Source: a virus
Lineage: Duplodnaviria; Caudoviricetes
Reading direction: 5' to 3' (one strand)
Virus record (IMG/VR): IMGVR_UViG_3300025852_000010
Coordinates: 1-29,419 of that record
Length of the DNA stretch: 29,419 bases
The notes beneath the pieces were generated by a model. It worked only from the letters and a program-made list of their open reading frames with translations, did not search any database and was not told the origin of the DNA. A program made the translations under genes and the position numbers. Shown here piece by piece: positions 1 to 8,058 of this stretch (the first letter of the stretch is position 1; each line of letters starts with the position of its first letter).

Positions 1-623
1 ACAACGTGGAACCCGCCGTAGTTCGTCGAGATAGTCGCGTCGGTGAGCGCGTTCTGCTCGGCCGGAGCGGCGACGGGACGGCTGGCGAGGTCTTCGAGGA
101 TGATCTGCTCAATCTGCGAGCCGACCACGAGGGCGCGGCCCGAAGACGGAACGTAGCAATCGTTGAGCTGCCTGCGCGCATCGAGCACGCTGTGGAGCGG
201 CGCCGCCTCGCTGAAAGCCCCGGTGAGCGCGTAGGTCGCCTCGGAGATCGAGCCGGCGAGTTCGTCCTCGACGCCCACGACGATGGAGCGCAGGATCGGG
301 CTGAGGACCTGAGCGCTGAAGTCGACGATGTCGAGCGTCAGATTCTCGTCCGTGACGTTGATGCCCTTGTAGACATCGGTGTCGAGTTTCACGTCGACCG
401 AGGTCTCGGACAGATCGTCCATCACGAGCGGGCCTGAACTACGCAGCGCGCGAGTGCGCGCCACGATGTAGGCCGGAACGCGGATCGTGACGGTGTCGCC
501 GTAGACGCCAGCAAAGTCGCCGGCCGCGTCACGCCACACGAGTTGCGGCAGGACGGTCTCGCGCATGAGCACGCCGAGCGCGGTGTTCACAACTTTTGTT
601 GCTTTGATGAAGGTATTGGACAT
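1..623 (-). CDS. Major capsid protein (P22-coat-like family seen in actinophages), 5' part; runs off the left edge
   Basis: ATG at 623 after AGGAG; I translate MSNTFIKATKVVNTALGVLMRETVLPQLVWRDAAGDFAGVYGDTVTIRVP...LTLDIVDFSAQVLSP; lies directly after scaffold; absent from the ORF track because it has no stop in the window. Confidence 0.88.
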   Translation of the reverse strand, partial: MSNTFIKATKVVNTALGVLMRETVLPQLVWRDAAGDFAGVYGDTVTIRVPAYIVARTRALRSSGPLVMDDLSETSVDVKLDTDVYKGINVTDENLTLDIVDFSAQVLSPILRSIVVGVEDELAGSISEATYALTGAFSEAAPLHSVLDARRQLNDCYVPSSGRALVVGSQIEQIILEDLASRPVAAPAEQNALTDATISTNYGGFHV

Positions 624-635
624 GGTCTCCTACTT

Positions 636-1184
636 TTAGAGTCGCGGCACGGATGCCGCAAGTTTGCGCGGGTCGGTCTCGTCGGGCTCCTCATCTGGGG
701 CCGCGCCCGAGCGTAGCCGCTCTCTCGGCCTTGTCGGCTTCTGCTTGTCGGCGTCCGTGCCGGACTGCCCGTAGGTCTCCGGGAAGTCGTCGAGGATGCC
801 CTTGCCGGACTCCTCAATCTCGTCCTTGGTCGACCCAGTGAGGTACTTCAGGTGCTTGTTTTGGATGCCAAGCTCCGCGGCGACCTCATACCGCGTAGAC
901 TTGGCCTCGGCGTCAGTGGCGCGTTTCTCCGCGACCGTCGCCTTGTCGGCGAGCTTCTGACTCTCAGTCTTGTTCGATTCCTCGATCTCATCGAGCTTCT
1001 TGGCGGCGGCGGCGTTGGTCTTGGCCTGTGCCTCGTGACGCCGGGACATCGCTTTCCACTTCGCCTCGCCGGCCTTGTAGTCGTGCTCCCCGTCCGTGTC
1101 GGTCGGCTCGCTGTCGTCATCCGCATTGGCCTTCTCCGCTGCCTTGGCGGCGTCGGCGGCTGCCTGCTTCTCTTCGTCGGTCAT
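636..1184 (-). CDS. Capsid scaffolding protein
   Basis: Acidic N-terminus, KWKAMSRRHE, helical KTESQKL...AEKRA segment; position just upstream of capsid; start trimmed to ATG 1184 after GGGAG. Confidence 0.85.
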   Translation of the reverse strand: MTDEEKQAAADAAKAAEKANADDDSEPTDTDGEHDYKAGEAKWKAMSRRHEAQAKTNAAAAKKLDEIEESNKTESQKLADKATVAEKRATDAEAKSTRYEVAAELGIQNKHLKYLTGSTKDEIEESGKGILDDFPETYGQSGTDADKQKPTRPRERLRSGAAPDEEPDETDPRKLAASVPRL

Positions 1185-1211
1185 GGTCGCTCCCGTGTCG
1201 GGTAAGGGCGT

Positions 1212-1236
1212 AAAAAAGGCCACCATGGCGGCGGCC
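1212..1236 (-). terminator. Terminator-like hairpin
   Basis: - strand GGCCGCC-GCCAT-GGTGGCC followed by T6. Confidence 0.6.
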
Positions 1237-1241
1237 CACGC

Positions 1242-1268
1242 AAAAGGCCGCTCCGAAGAACGGCCTTT
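1242..1268 (-). terminator. Intrinsic terminator after HNH gene
   Basis: - strand AAAGGCCGTTC-TTCG-GAGCGGCCTTTT with C(UUCG)G tetraloop. Confidence 0.7.
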
Positions 1269-1298
1269 ATACGGTCGAGCTGTTGTTAGAGAAGTGTC

Positions 1299-1976
1299 TT
1301 ACAAAAGTCTGCCGGCGAAGTCCATCGGGTGCTTCGCGTTCTTCGTCATATTGCACGTCGGGCAGGCGATGACGAGGTTTTCGGGACCGTTGGAGCCGCC
1401 GAGAATGACCGGCGTGACGTGATCGACGTGGTACTTGTCGAGTTTCTTCTCACACCAGAAGCACTTTCCGCGCTGGCGCTCGTACTGAGCCGTCACGTCG
1501 GCGGCGGTGTGAGTACCGCCGTTGCCCTTCTGGCGGGCTCTGCGGTTGCGGGTATAGGCTGCGCGGCTCTCTGTGTGTTCGGCTCGGTAGGCCGCCATCT
1601 CTTCGCGGTGTTCGGCGTACCAGGCCACATGGCGGGCCGCTATTTCATCGCGGTGTTCGACGCGGTAGGCAACCATCTCTTCGCGGTGCTCGGCGTTGTA
1701 GGCGGCCTGGTAGGCGAGAACCTCGTCGCGGTGTTCGGCGCGCCATGCCGCTCGCTCCTCGCGGTGAGTGGCGCGGTAGGCGGCGTCGTTGGCCGCCTTC
1801 TCTGCGCGGTGAGTGACGTGGTAGTCTGCCCAGTAGGCGGCCTCGCAGGGCTTGCACTGATACCGGAGGCCAGACTTGCTACGCTTGCTAGCGTGAAAGT
1901 ACCCCCGGGTGGCGGGGTACTCGTGGCCACACTTGGTGCAGGTCTTGAGCGGGGGTGTGGTACAATCGGGTTGCAT
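1299..1976 (-). CDS. Free-standing HNH endonuclease (Zn module + helical repeats + HNH)
   Basis: KTCTKCG..PAT N-terminus, YRAEHREE-type repeats, C-terminal CFWC..YHVDHVTP...GSNGPENLVIACPTCN. Confidence 0.9.
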   Translation of the reverse strand: MQPDCTTPPLKTCTKCGHEYPATRGYFHASKRSKSGLRYQCKPCEAAYWADYHVTHRAEKAANDAAYRATHREERAAWRAEHRDEVLAYQAAYNAEHREEMVAYRVEHRDEIAARHVAWYAEHREEMAAYRAEHTESRAAYTRNRRARQKGNGGTHTAADVTAQYERQRGKCFWCEKKLDKYHVDHVTPVILGGSNGPENLVIACPTCNMTKNAKHPMDFAGRLL

Positions 1977-2080
1977 CGGACTCCATTTCCGCTGCCACGC
2001 CCCCGGAGCCGCAAGCTCGCGGGGGCACTCTGTAGGGTGAACCGCCCTATACCCTACACCTTATCGGGGGGCCGTGTCAA
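1955..2080 (-). promoter_or_regulatory. HNH leader cassette copy A
   Basis: TTGACA(2080-2075)-N18-TAGGGT, hairpin GCCCCCGCGAGC..GCTCCGGGGGC, RBS GGAG, antisense TGgTACAAT at 1958-1966 on +. Confidence 0.65.
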
Positions 2081-2797
2081 ATCGCGCCTAAACCCGTTCA
2101 GCGTGTGATCGCTGGCGTCCCAAAGCCGCTTTTGCTCAACCGACCGAGTATTCATCTGGTAGCCTTCGTATGCGACCTCGATGCTGCAATCGCAGTGCTC
2201 ATGCCAGGACATCTCCTGACCCTCAATCGAGCCCGCCGATTCCGCGCTGAGGTAAATGGGGCCACGTGAAGCTAACATGGCACAAAACCCGCACGGGGAA
2301 GCGCCCGTGATCCTCGCCACCCCCATCGCCCTCGGGTCGCGTACCTGCTCGGCGAATATCGTGTCGCGCCCGCCGGCCAGTACATCTCGCGAGACGGTGC
2401 CCGACACCTCGACTAGGCTGTTACGCATAACCGTCTCGAATGGCTTCCCGGCCGCCAGCGACCTGTACACCGCGCCCCTTGTGGTGGCCCCAATCGCCGC
2501 GCGAATCGCGGCCTCGGATTTCGGAGCCGCAAGCGGGACTGTTCTGAGTGCTGCCGACGCGGGAGCCTCAACCGCCCGATACATCTCGTAGTAGCGAGCC
2601 GCAAGCGCCGCCGACTGGGCGGAGCGCGACTGCACGAGTAGTACCATCGCGCGCTCGAATGCTTGGTACGATTCCGGCTGACTCGGCTGCCACGCCGGCC
2701 AGAGCTTCATCACGTCGCGCACGACGGATGCACGCAGCGCGCCTTGCTGTCTGCGGTGCAGGTCGGTGAGGATGCGGCCCTCTGCGGTGCGCGCCAT
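2054..2797 (-). CDS. Minor head / head morphogenesis protein (actinophage MuF-like type)
   Basis: C-terminal ARITGASPCGFCAMLASRGPIY...HEHCDC motif; located between portal and scaffold. Confidence 0.8.
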   Translation of the reverse strand: MARTAEGRILTDLHRRQQGALRASVVRDVMKLWPAWQPSQPESYQAFERAMVLLVQSRSAQSAALAARYYEMYRAVEAPASAALRTVPLAAPKSEAAIRAAIGATTRGAVYRSLAAGKPFETVMRNSLVEVSGTVSRDVLAGGRDTIFAEQVRDPRAMGVARITGASPCGFCAMLASRGPIYLSAESAGSIEGQEMSWHEHCDCSIEVAYEGYQMNTRSVEQKRLWDASDHTLNGFRRDLTRPPDKV

Positions 2798-2825
2798 TAG
2801 GCTCCTAGGTAAACGTTGTCGTGTG

Positions 2826-2834
2826 TGCTATACT
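2826..2834 (+). promoter_or_regulatory. Extended -10 promoter for the antisense two-gene insert
   Basis: TGcTATACT upstream of + ORFs 2866 and 3189. Confidence 0.5.
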
Positions 2835-2865
2835 GACTAGACCGTAAAGCGGGGAGGGGGCTGTT

Positions 2866-3192
2866 TTGCCGAATACCAAATGTAGGGATCGTCTTCCATG
2901 GAGTGAGGCTGAGGTGGCACAAGCGCGATATGAGCAGGCCGAGGCCGAACTGGCAGCCGTTGGCAGCGACCTGCAAGACCAAGTGGAATACACCATCACG
3001 CTGCGTGAGCGTGCCGAGCAGGCCGAGGCGGAGAACGAGCGGCACAAGTGGATGCTCGACCGTCTCAGCCACCAGCACTGGCCATACAACGAGGATGGGA
3101 ATGAGGCGCGCCGCGTAGCCCATCTCATGGCCCTACGTAGCGAATACAACGCCCGGTGTGAGTCCGCCTCAGACACAGGAGGCGAAGGGTGA
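2866..3192 (+). CDS. Hypothetical coiled-coil protein (moron-like; start may be GTG 2914)
   Basis: RAEQAEAENERHKWML resembles early-gene paralogs; GTGA overlap with next gene. Confidence 0.6.
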   Translation: MPNTKCRDRLPWSEAEVAQARYEQAEAELAAVGSDLQDQVEYTITLRERAEQAEAENERHKWMLDRLSHQHWPYNEDGNEARRVAHLMALRSEYNARCESASDTGGEG

Positions 3193-3434
3193 GCGACTTC
3201 GGATGCAGCCTTGAGCAGTACGGGCCGCGACACGAGATGTCTGGCCGCGCCAGCAAGGCGGACCTGAGACGGCGCATCGCCGAACTGGAGAGGCACGAGG
3301 AAACGTGGCAGGAAGTCCACCAGCAGGACTGCGCCGCCAACCAGAGGCTAGCCGAATCGCGCGACGAAGCACGCGACGAGGCGAAGCGGCTACGGACAGT
3401 CCTTCTGCAGATGGCCAACGCAGAGGGCGAGTAA
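3189..3434 (+). CDS. Hypothetical coiled-coil protein
   Basis: Coupled to previous gene; RRRIAELE motif; fills the gap up to the portal stop. Confidence 0.6.
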   Translation: MSDFGCSLEQYGPRHEMSGRASKADLRRRIAELERHEETWQEVHQQDCAANQRLAESRDEARDEAKRLRTVLLQMANAEGE

Positions 3435-3442
3435 TCTAGCGG

Positions 3443-4780
3443 TCATGCGGTGACCGCCGGTGCAGCAGCCGCCACCGGTGCCACCCCGCCCGCCTGCCTA
3501 TCGAGCATCGCGCTCAGCTGCGCGAACGAGTCGCCCTGCGCGGCGGCGGACTTCCACCGCTCCACGTCGGCCTGCGTCACGCCAGGCACGCGCTCCCAGA
3601 GCTCCTGCACAGGAATGCTCAACATGGTGGCCATTTTGCCGAGAGCGTCGACGGTGGCGGCAAAGGCGCGCGCCTCGGTATCCTTCCAGCGGACCTGGGC
3701 GGCGGGGTCGGTCTCGAGGCCGGCAACGTCGGCGGCCAGCGCCAGAGTCTGTTCCCATGCCTCGCCGAACATCGTCTCGCGCTCGGTGACCTTGCGCTGC
3801 TCAGCCTGCTCGGCCGCGGCCAATGCCTCAGCCGAGAGGTTGACCAACTCTCCGCGCAGGGCGTGGGCCGGCGTCTGCGAGATTGCGGCGAGGTTGCGCA
3901 GGCTGTCACGGCGCGACTCGATGTAGCCGGACAGGTCTGCGGCGGCGAACTCGCCGAGCTTCGTGTCGGCATCCTCGAACGTCAGTACCTTGTTGGCGGC
4001 GACCTGGACCTTCTCGTCGGTCGTGGCGGCCATCCAGCCGGCGATCCACTTCTGCGGGAATGCGCCGTAGTGCTGGACGACGAGCAAGCCGAATGTGGTC
4101 AGGTTGATCTGGTCCTGAATGGTGATGAGGTCGTCGACCTCGGATGTGATCTCTTCGTCGAGGTCGGACTTGGACAGGAAGCGGATGACGGGGACGTGGC
4201 CGACGCCGTGGATCTCTGAGGAGACGAACTCGACTGAGGCGCCGTCGTCGGCGCTCATGTAATACACGGCTTCGTCATCGAAGAGGCGATACAGGTGCTT
4301 GCCCTTGGTCGCCGAATGCCGCTTCTCGAGCGCCCACATCGGCCAGTCGTCGTCCTCGCCGTAAACGGCCGTCATGTGGCGCGGCGAGATGCCACGGACC
4401 ACGGCTACCGGGTCTCCGGGCAGGACCGTGGCGTAGGCGACCCCGTAGCTCAGGGCGGCGCGGTGGACGCCGAGTTGGCGCGCGTCGAGCTGATTTCGCT
4501 GCCAGATATCCCAAGCCGGGGCCTCGTCGGTCGTCTTCGGGGCTCTGTAGCCGTCGACGTACATGGATTGGGCCATGGAGTCGACGACGAGGCCGAGCAC
4601 GTTGACGCGGGACATTTCGGCGATGCGCCGAACCTCTAGCGGGGCGGCGGCGGGCAACCACAGAAACGCCTGACGATTCCTGATATAGCGGTAGAGGCGA
4701 TCAAGTCGGCCCGCGTCGGCGCTGCGCCATCCGAGCATTAGCTTCGTTTGCTCGATGGCTGCTGATGGTGAAAGCGGCAT
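3443..4780 (-). CDS. Portal protein (SPP1 Gp6-like)
   Basis: WDIWQRNQLDARQLGVHRAALSYG, HGVGHVPVIRF, NLSAEALAAAE, VRWKD motifs; ATG 4780 after AAGGAG. Confidence 0.93.
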   Translation of the reverse strand: MPLSPSAAIEQTKLMLGWRSADAGRLDRLYRYIRNRQAFLWLPAAAPLEVRRIAEMSRVNVLGLVVDSMAQSMYVDGYRAPKTTDEAPAWDIWQRNQLDARQLGVHRAALSYGVAYATVLPGDPVAVVRGISPRHMTAVYGEDDDWPMWALEKRHSATKGKHLYRLFDDEAVYYMSADDGASVEFVSSEIHGVGHVPVIRFLSKSDLDEEITSEVDDLITIQDQINLTTFGLLVVQHYGAFPQKWIAGWMAATTDEKVQVAANKVLTFEDADTKLGEFAAADLSGYIESRRDSLRNLAAISQTPAHALRGELVNLSAEALAAAEQAEQRKVTERETMFGEAWEQTLALAADVAGLETDPAAQVRWKDTEARAFAATVDALGKMATMLSIPVQELWERVPGVTQADVERWKSAAAQGDSFAQLSAMLDRQAGGVAPVAAAAPAVTA

Positions 4781-4812
4781 GGATCTCCTTGGAAAGCACA
4801 ATTTGCCCCACG

Positions 4813-4840
4813 AAAAAGGACCATCTCGGGGAGACGGTCC
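4813..4840 (-). terminator. Intrinsic terminator after HNH gene
   Basis: - strand GGACCGTCTC-CCC-GAGATGGTCC followed by T5. Confidence 0.7.
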
Positions 4841-4868
4841 TAGTGGAGCCTTCGCTATGTGAACGCGG

Positions 4869-5618
4869 CTAACAGAGCCTGCCGCAGAACTCCATCGGGT
4901 GCTTCGCGCCCTTACTGAGATTACAGGCCGGGCATGCTATGACGATGTTCTCTTTGCCGTTGCTACCCTTCCCCACAAGCGGCGTCACGTGGTCGACGTG
5001 GTACTTCTTTCCGGTCTTCACGTCGCAGTAGAAGCAGCGGCCCTTCTGGCGCTCGTACTGCGCCCGAACGTCGGCGGCGGTGTGCACGCCGGGCGCATTG
5101 CGTTTGCGGGCGCGGCGATTCCGCCAGTGCGTTCTCGATTCCTCGGGGTGCGCGGCGGCCCATGCAAGTTGGTAGGCGGCGCGGTCTTCCACATGCGCAG
5201 CCCTGTAGACGGCCTGGTATGCGGCTCTTTCTTCGCGATGGTCCGCGTCGTAAGCAGCGTTGTAGGCGACTCTCTCCTCACGATGCGAAGCGTAGTATGC
5301 GGCCATATAGGAGGATTTCTCTTCGCGGTGGGCGGCGGCATAGGCAAGCTTTTCTTCACGATGAGCAACATAGAACGCGGCCTGGCGGGCGCTAATTTCT
5401 TCGCGGTGAGTGGCGTGGTAGGCTGCCTTATAGACTGCCGCATTCTCGCGGTGCGCGGCATAGTAGGCATGAGCGTACTCGCGCTTACATTCCTTGCACC
5501 ATGACTGGAGACCACCCGCATACCGCTCGTCGGCGCGGAAGAACTCCAAGGTAGCCGGGTGCTCCCGGCCGCACTTAGTGCAGGTCTTCAGCGGTGGTGT
5601 GGTACAATCAGATTGCAT
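4869..5618 (-). CDS. Free-standing HNH endonuclease, paralog of 1299-1976
   Basis: MQSDCTTPPLKTCTKCG, eight helical repeats, CFYC..YHVDHVTP..GSNGKENIVIACPACN; ATG 5618 after GGAG. Confidence 0.9.
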   Translation of the reverse strand: MQSDCTTPPLKTCTKCGREHPATLEFFRADERYAGGLQSWCKECKREYAHAYYAAHRENAAVYKAAYHATHREEISARQAAFYVAHREEKLAYAAAHREEKSSYMAAYYASHREERVAYNAAYDADHREERAAYQAVYRAAHVEDRAAYQLAWAAAHPEESRTHWRNRRARKRNAPGVHTAADVRAQYERQKGRCFYCDVKTGKKYHVDHVTPLVGKGSNGKENIVIACPACNLSKGAKHPMEFCGRLC

Positions 5619-5709
5619 CGGACTCCATTTCCGTTGCCACGCCCCCGGAGGTGACACTCGCGGGGGCAATTTCAACCTCCAGTATACCACACGGCGCGGA
5701 CGGAATCAA
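5597..5709 (-). promoter_or_regulatory. HNH leader cassette copy B
   Basis: TTGATT(5709-5704)-N17-TATACT with TG extension, same hairpin, RBS, antisense TGgTACAAT at 5600-5608. Confidence 0.7.
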
Positions 5710-7355
5710 AAGAACGCCGCCCGCTGCTTCTTCCTCCGCTGCTTCTTATCGGGAAGAGCCAGGTACGCGCGCCGGGCCATTCTGGAAAGCATCAAGGCGA
5801 TGAGGGCGTCTATCTTCCGCTTCGACTCCCTACTCTCTTTCGCCACGCCCACGCCCCAAGCGTTGGGGCGGCGACGAGCATTGTGGGCATGTTGCCGCAA
5901 GCGTGCGTCGCCGTCGTGACGGAAGACCTTCTCCGTGATCTCGTTGTGCGTGAATTCTGAGCCCTCGATGGTGAACAGCTTTTTTGTCGCTCTCATATCG
6001 AACGCGATGCGGTGTTTCATGGTCGCCGCGGCGCAAAGGTCGCGCCCCAAGTCTCTCTCCCATGCGTCGACGTAGCTCTCGAACGGGTGCAGGTCCGAGA
6101 AGAATGCCACCACGTCATAATGCTCGAATGCCTGCCGTACCGCGCCGTCTATGGCCTCGCGTGGAGCCTCGCCGCCCGTCTTAGCGGGGTCCCAAACTCC
6201 GAGCGTGAATACATACCCATCGGATATGCGGCAGCCGATGAGCGCCGAGTGGTCGTCGGTCAGGCTGCCGTCGAAGCCGAGGCTGATGAGGTCGCCCTCG
6301 TCGACCCTCAATGTCTTGTCTGCCAGGACGTCGAAGTCCTGCGGGCTCACGAATGCGTCTTCGGTGGCCACGATCTGATTCAGCCAAAAGCGGCGCGACC
6401 GTGAGGGCGGGTTCCGCTTGTCCATGATGGCCTGAATGATGCGCGGGATGTCGAGCCACGTCGCATCGCCGCGAATCGCGTCTATCGTCGCCGGCAGTGT
6501 CTCCGGGTCAAGCGTCGCATCCGGCGGGGCCTCAATCGAGTCGTAGAGGAAACCGACGTCGACGGACTTGCCGAGCACGATGTTCTCGTAAGCCTCGCGC
6601 GCAACCTGAGCCACCGACTCCTCGCCGGGTTCGTAAGCGTTCGTGATGCTAAGGGCGCGTGCCGCCCCGTCCGGTGACTTGGAGAGGTTGCGGTCAATGA
6701 CCGCGTCCATCTCGTGACCCTCGTTGCTGGACAACCAGTGATGAGTTTCGTTGCGAAGTACAAAAGTGGAGCGCGCGCCTTCCATCGTCCGCGGCGAACT
6801 CGTGACGGCTTCGATGCGCTGGGCGCCGTGGTGGGCATAGATGATTTCCTTGCCCAGGTCGATCTCGTACTCTTTCAGCGCCGCCTTCGTGAAGTAGGCG
6901 GGAAACAGGGTCATCGTGTTCTTCGTCTGCGTGATGCTGACGGCGGCGGTCTGTACCCATGCCTGCGGATGCGACACGCCGGCCGGGTGCTCGTTACCCC
7001 ACGGGTCTTTGACAGTCCGGCCGCTCGGGTCTATGCGGCAGGGGCCGACGAACTCGAAGGCGCAGAGCGTGGCACCGAGAGGGTCCTTGCCCCAACCCTT
7101 CAGCCGTTGCAGTACCCCATCTCGGTACAGAAACCGGCCCGCGTCATCGACTGCGTACCAATGCAGAAGGAATCGCGCTTGCTCGGGCGTGTACCGCCAC
7201 GGCTTCCCGGTTTCGTGCTGCAGCCATTCGCCAGCCCACTGGATGGCCTGCCAGCCAAGCGAACGGCTGGGGAATATCCACTTGCCGTCTTCGCCGCGCT
7301 GCCAGGTGGGGCCGATGCAAACGGGTTCAACCGCCGAGGGCGTCGCGGTACTCAT
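5706..7355 (-). CDS. terL: Terminase large subunit
   Basis: Walker A-like QRLKGWGKD, VLRNETHHW, RFWLNQ, nuclease GFDGS..DHSAL, KIDALIA. Confidence 0.95.
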   Translation of the reverse strand: MSTATPSAVEPVCIGPTWQRGEDGKWIFPSRSLGWQAIQWAGEWLQHETGKPWRYTPEQARFLLHWYAVDDAGRFLYRDGVLQRLKGWGKDPLGATLCAFEFVGPCRIDPSGRTVKDPWGNEHPAGVSHPQAWVQTAAVSITQTKNTMTLFPAYFTKAALKEYEIDLGKEIIYAHHGAQRIEAVTSSPRTMEGARSTFVLRNETHHWLSSNEGHEMDAVIDRNLSKSPDGAARALSITNAYEPGEESVAQVAREAYENIVLGKSVDVGFLYDSIEAPPDATLDPETLPATIDAIRGDATWLDIPRIIQAIMDKRNPPSRSRRFWLNQIVATEDAFVSPQDFDVLADKTLRVDEGDLISLGFDGSLTDDHSALIGCRISDGYVFTLGVWDPAKTGGEAPREAIDGAVRQAFEHYDVVAFFSDLHPFESYVDAWERDLGRDLCAAATMKHRIAFDMRATKKLFTIEGSEFTHNEITEKVFRHDGDARLRQHAHNARRRPNAWGVGVAKESRESKRKIDALIALMLSRMARRAYLALPDKKQRRKKQRAAFF

Positions 7356-7743
7356 CCATCACGGTGACTGCAGCTAGTGCCGGCTTCTGCGGCTTGCGGT
7401 CGATCTCGATGTGGACCCGACGCCGCGCGCCCTCGGTTGTGCCGAGTTCGGATGCGGCCGAGCACCAGGCGGCGAAGAGTTGGGCCGACACGCGCGGGGC
7501 CTCGAGCATGTTGTCGAGGATGATTGCCAGCACCCTCGCCTGCCGCCAGTCGGATGGCTCATAGAACTGACTCTGACCGGAATCGGCGAGCGACTGATAC
7601 CAGCCGCGGGCCTCGGCGTGGAGGCTGGCGGGGCATGTAGCCGGCTTCACGTTGCCGGTGGCGGGCACGGTCTCGACCGGGTTCTCCTTGTTGCGCCGCC
7701 TGCGCTCTTCGCTTCTCTTTGGGATGGGTCCTGGGGAGCCCAT
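7327..7743 (-). CDS. terS: Terminase small subunit
   Basis: GPIPKRSEERRRRNK, WYQSLADSGQSQFYEPSDW, LGTTEGARRR typical of actinophage TerS; overlaps terL start. Confidence 0.88.
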   Translation of the reverse strand: MGSPGPIPKRSEERRRRNKENPVETVPATGNVKPATCPASLHAEARGWYQSLADSGQSQFYEPSDWRQARVLAIILDNMLEAPRVSAQLFAAWCSAASELGTTEGARRRVHIEIDRKPQKPALAAVTVMDEYRDALGG

Positions 7744-7799
7744 GTCGGCCTCCTAACTGAAAAGGCGCCCCTTGTCGGTGCGCCTTGGTTGTTGGCTTG

Positions 7800-7875
7800 A
7801 TAACCCGTACACGTTTGGAGGTGCTATGCTCCCCGGAGGAGCAGACGCGCGCTTTGGGGTCCACCCCCACCCCTG
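7800..7875. other. Probable cos/packaging-initiation region
   Basis: Non-coding stretch upstream of terS with GGGGTGGGGGTGGACCCC...GCATAGCA...GTGTACGGG on -; position between packaging HNH and terS; exact cut site not determinable. Confidence 0.4.
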
Positions 7876-8023
7876 TCGCTGCGCCGGAGCCACACACAGA
7901 CGCTTGCGTTGCTCAAGAGTGGCGGGACACCACTGCGTGTCCCTAGCCGTTACATCGCGTGCGCAGTCTATCACGGCGGCAGGACGACAGAGAGAAGCCC
8001 GCTCATCTTCCCTGCTATTGCGC

Positions 8024-8052
8024 TTGCATCCGTTACGGCAGTGTGATACGAT
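8024..8052 (+). promoter_or_regulatory. Sigma70-type promoter giving a leaderless mRNA
   Basis: TTGCAT-N17-TACGAT with TG extension; ATG 8059 begins 7 nt after the -10. Confidence 0.65.
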
Positions 8053-8058
8053 CTGGTC

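Noticed and set aside
6-437. Long + strand ORFs here and elsewhere (e.g. 1329-2108, 6714-7367, 21005-21604, 27247-27861)
   Set aside because: Antisense shadows of well-supported - strand genes, expected from GC-rich codon usage
1520-1830. CRISPR-like or DGR repeats (TCGCGGTG recurrences)
   Set aside because: They are the coding repeats of the HNH helical array; no unique spacers, cas genes or reverse transcriptase in the window
1955-2080. OMEGA/HEARO-type guide RNA with IscB-like nuclease
   Set aside because: Leader is under 100 nt and the proteins show no RuvC motifs or PLMP N-terminus; no evidence of RNA guidance
4781-5705. Group I intron carrying the HNH within terL/portal
   Set aside because: terL and portal each have complete termini, and the flanks are too short for a ribozyme core
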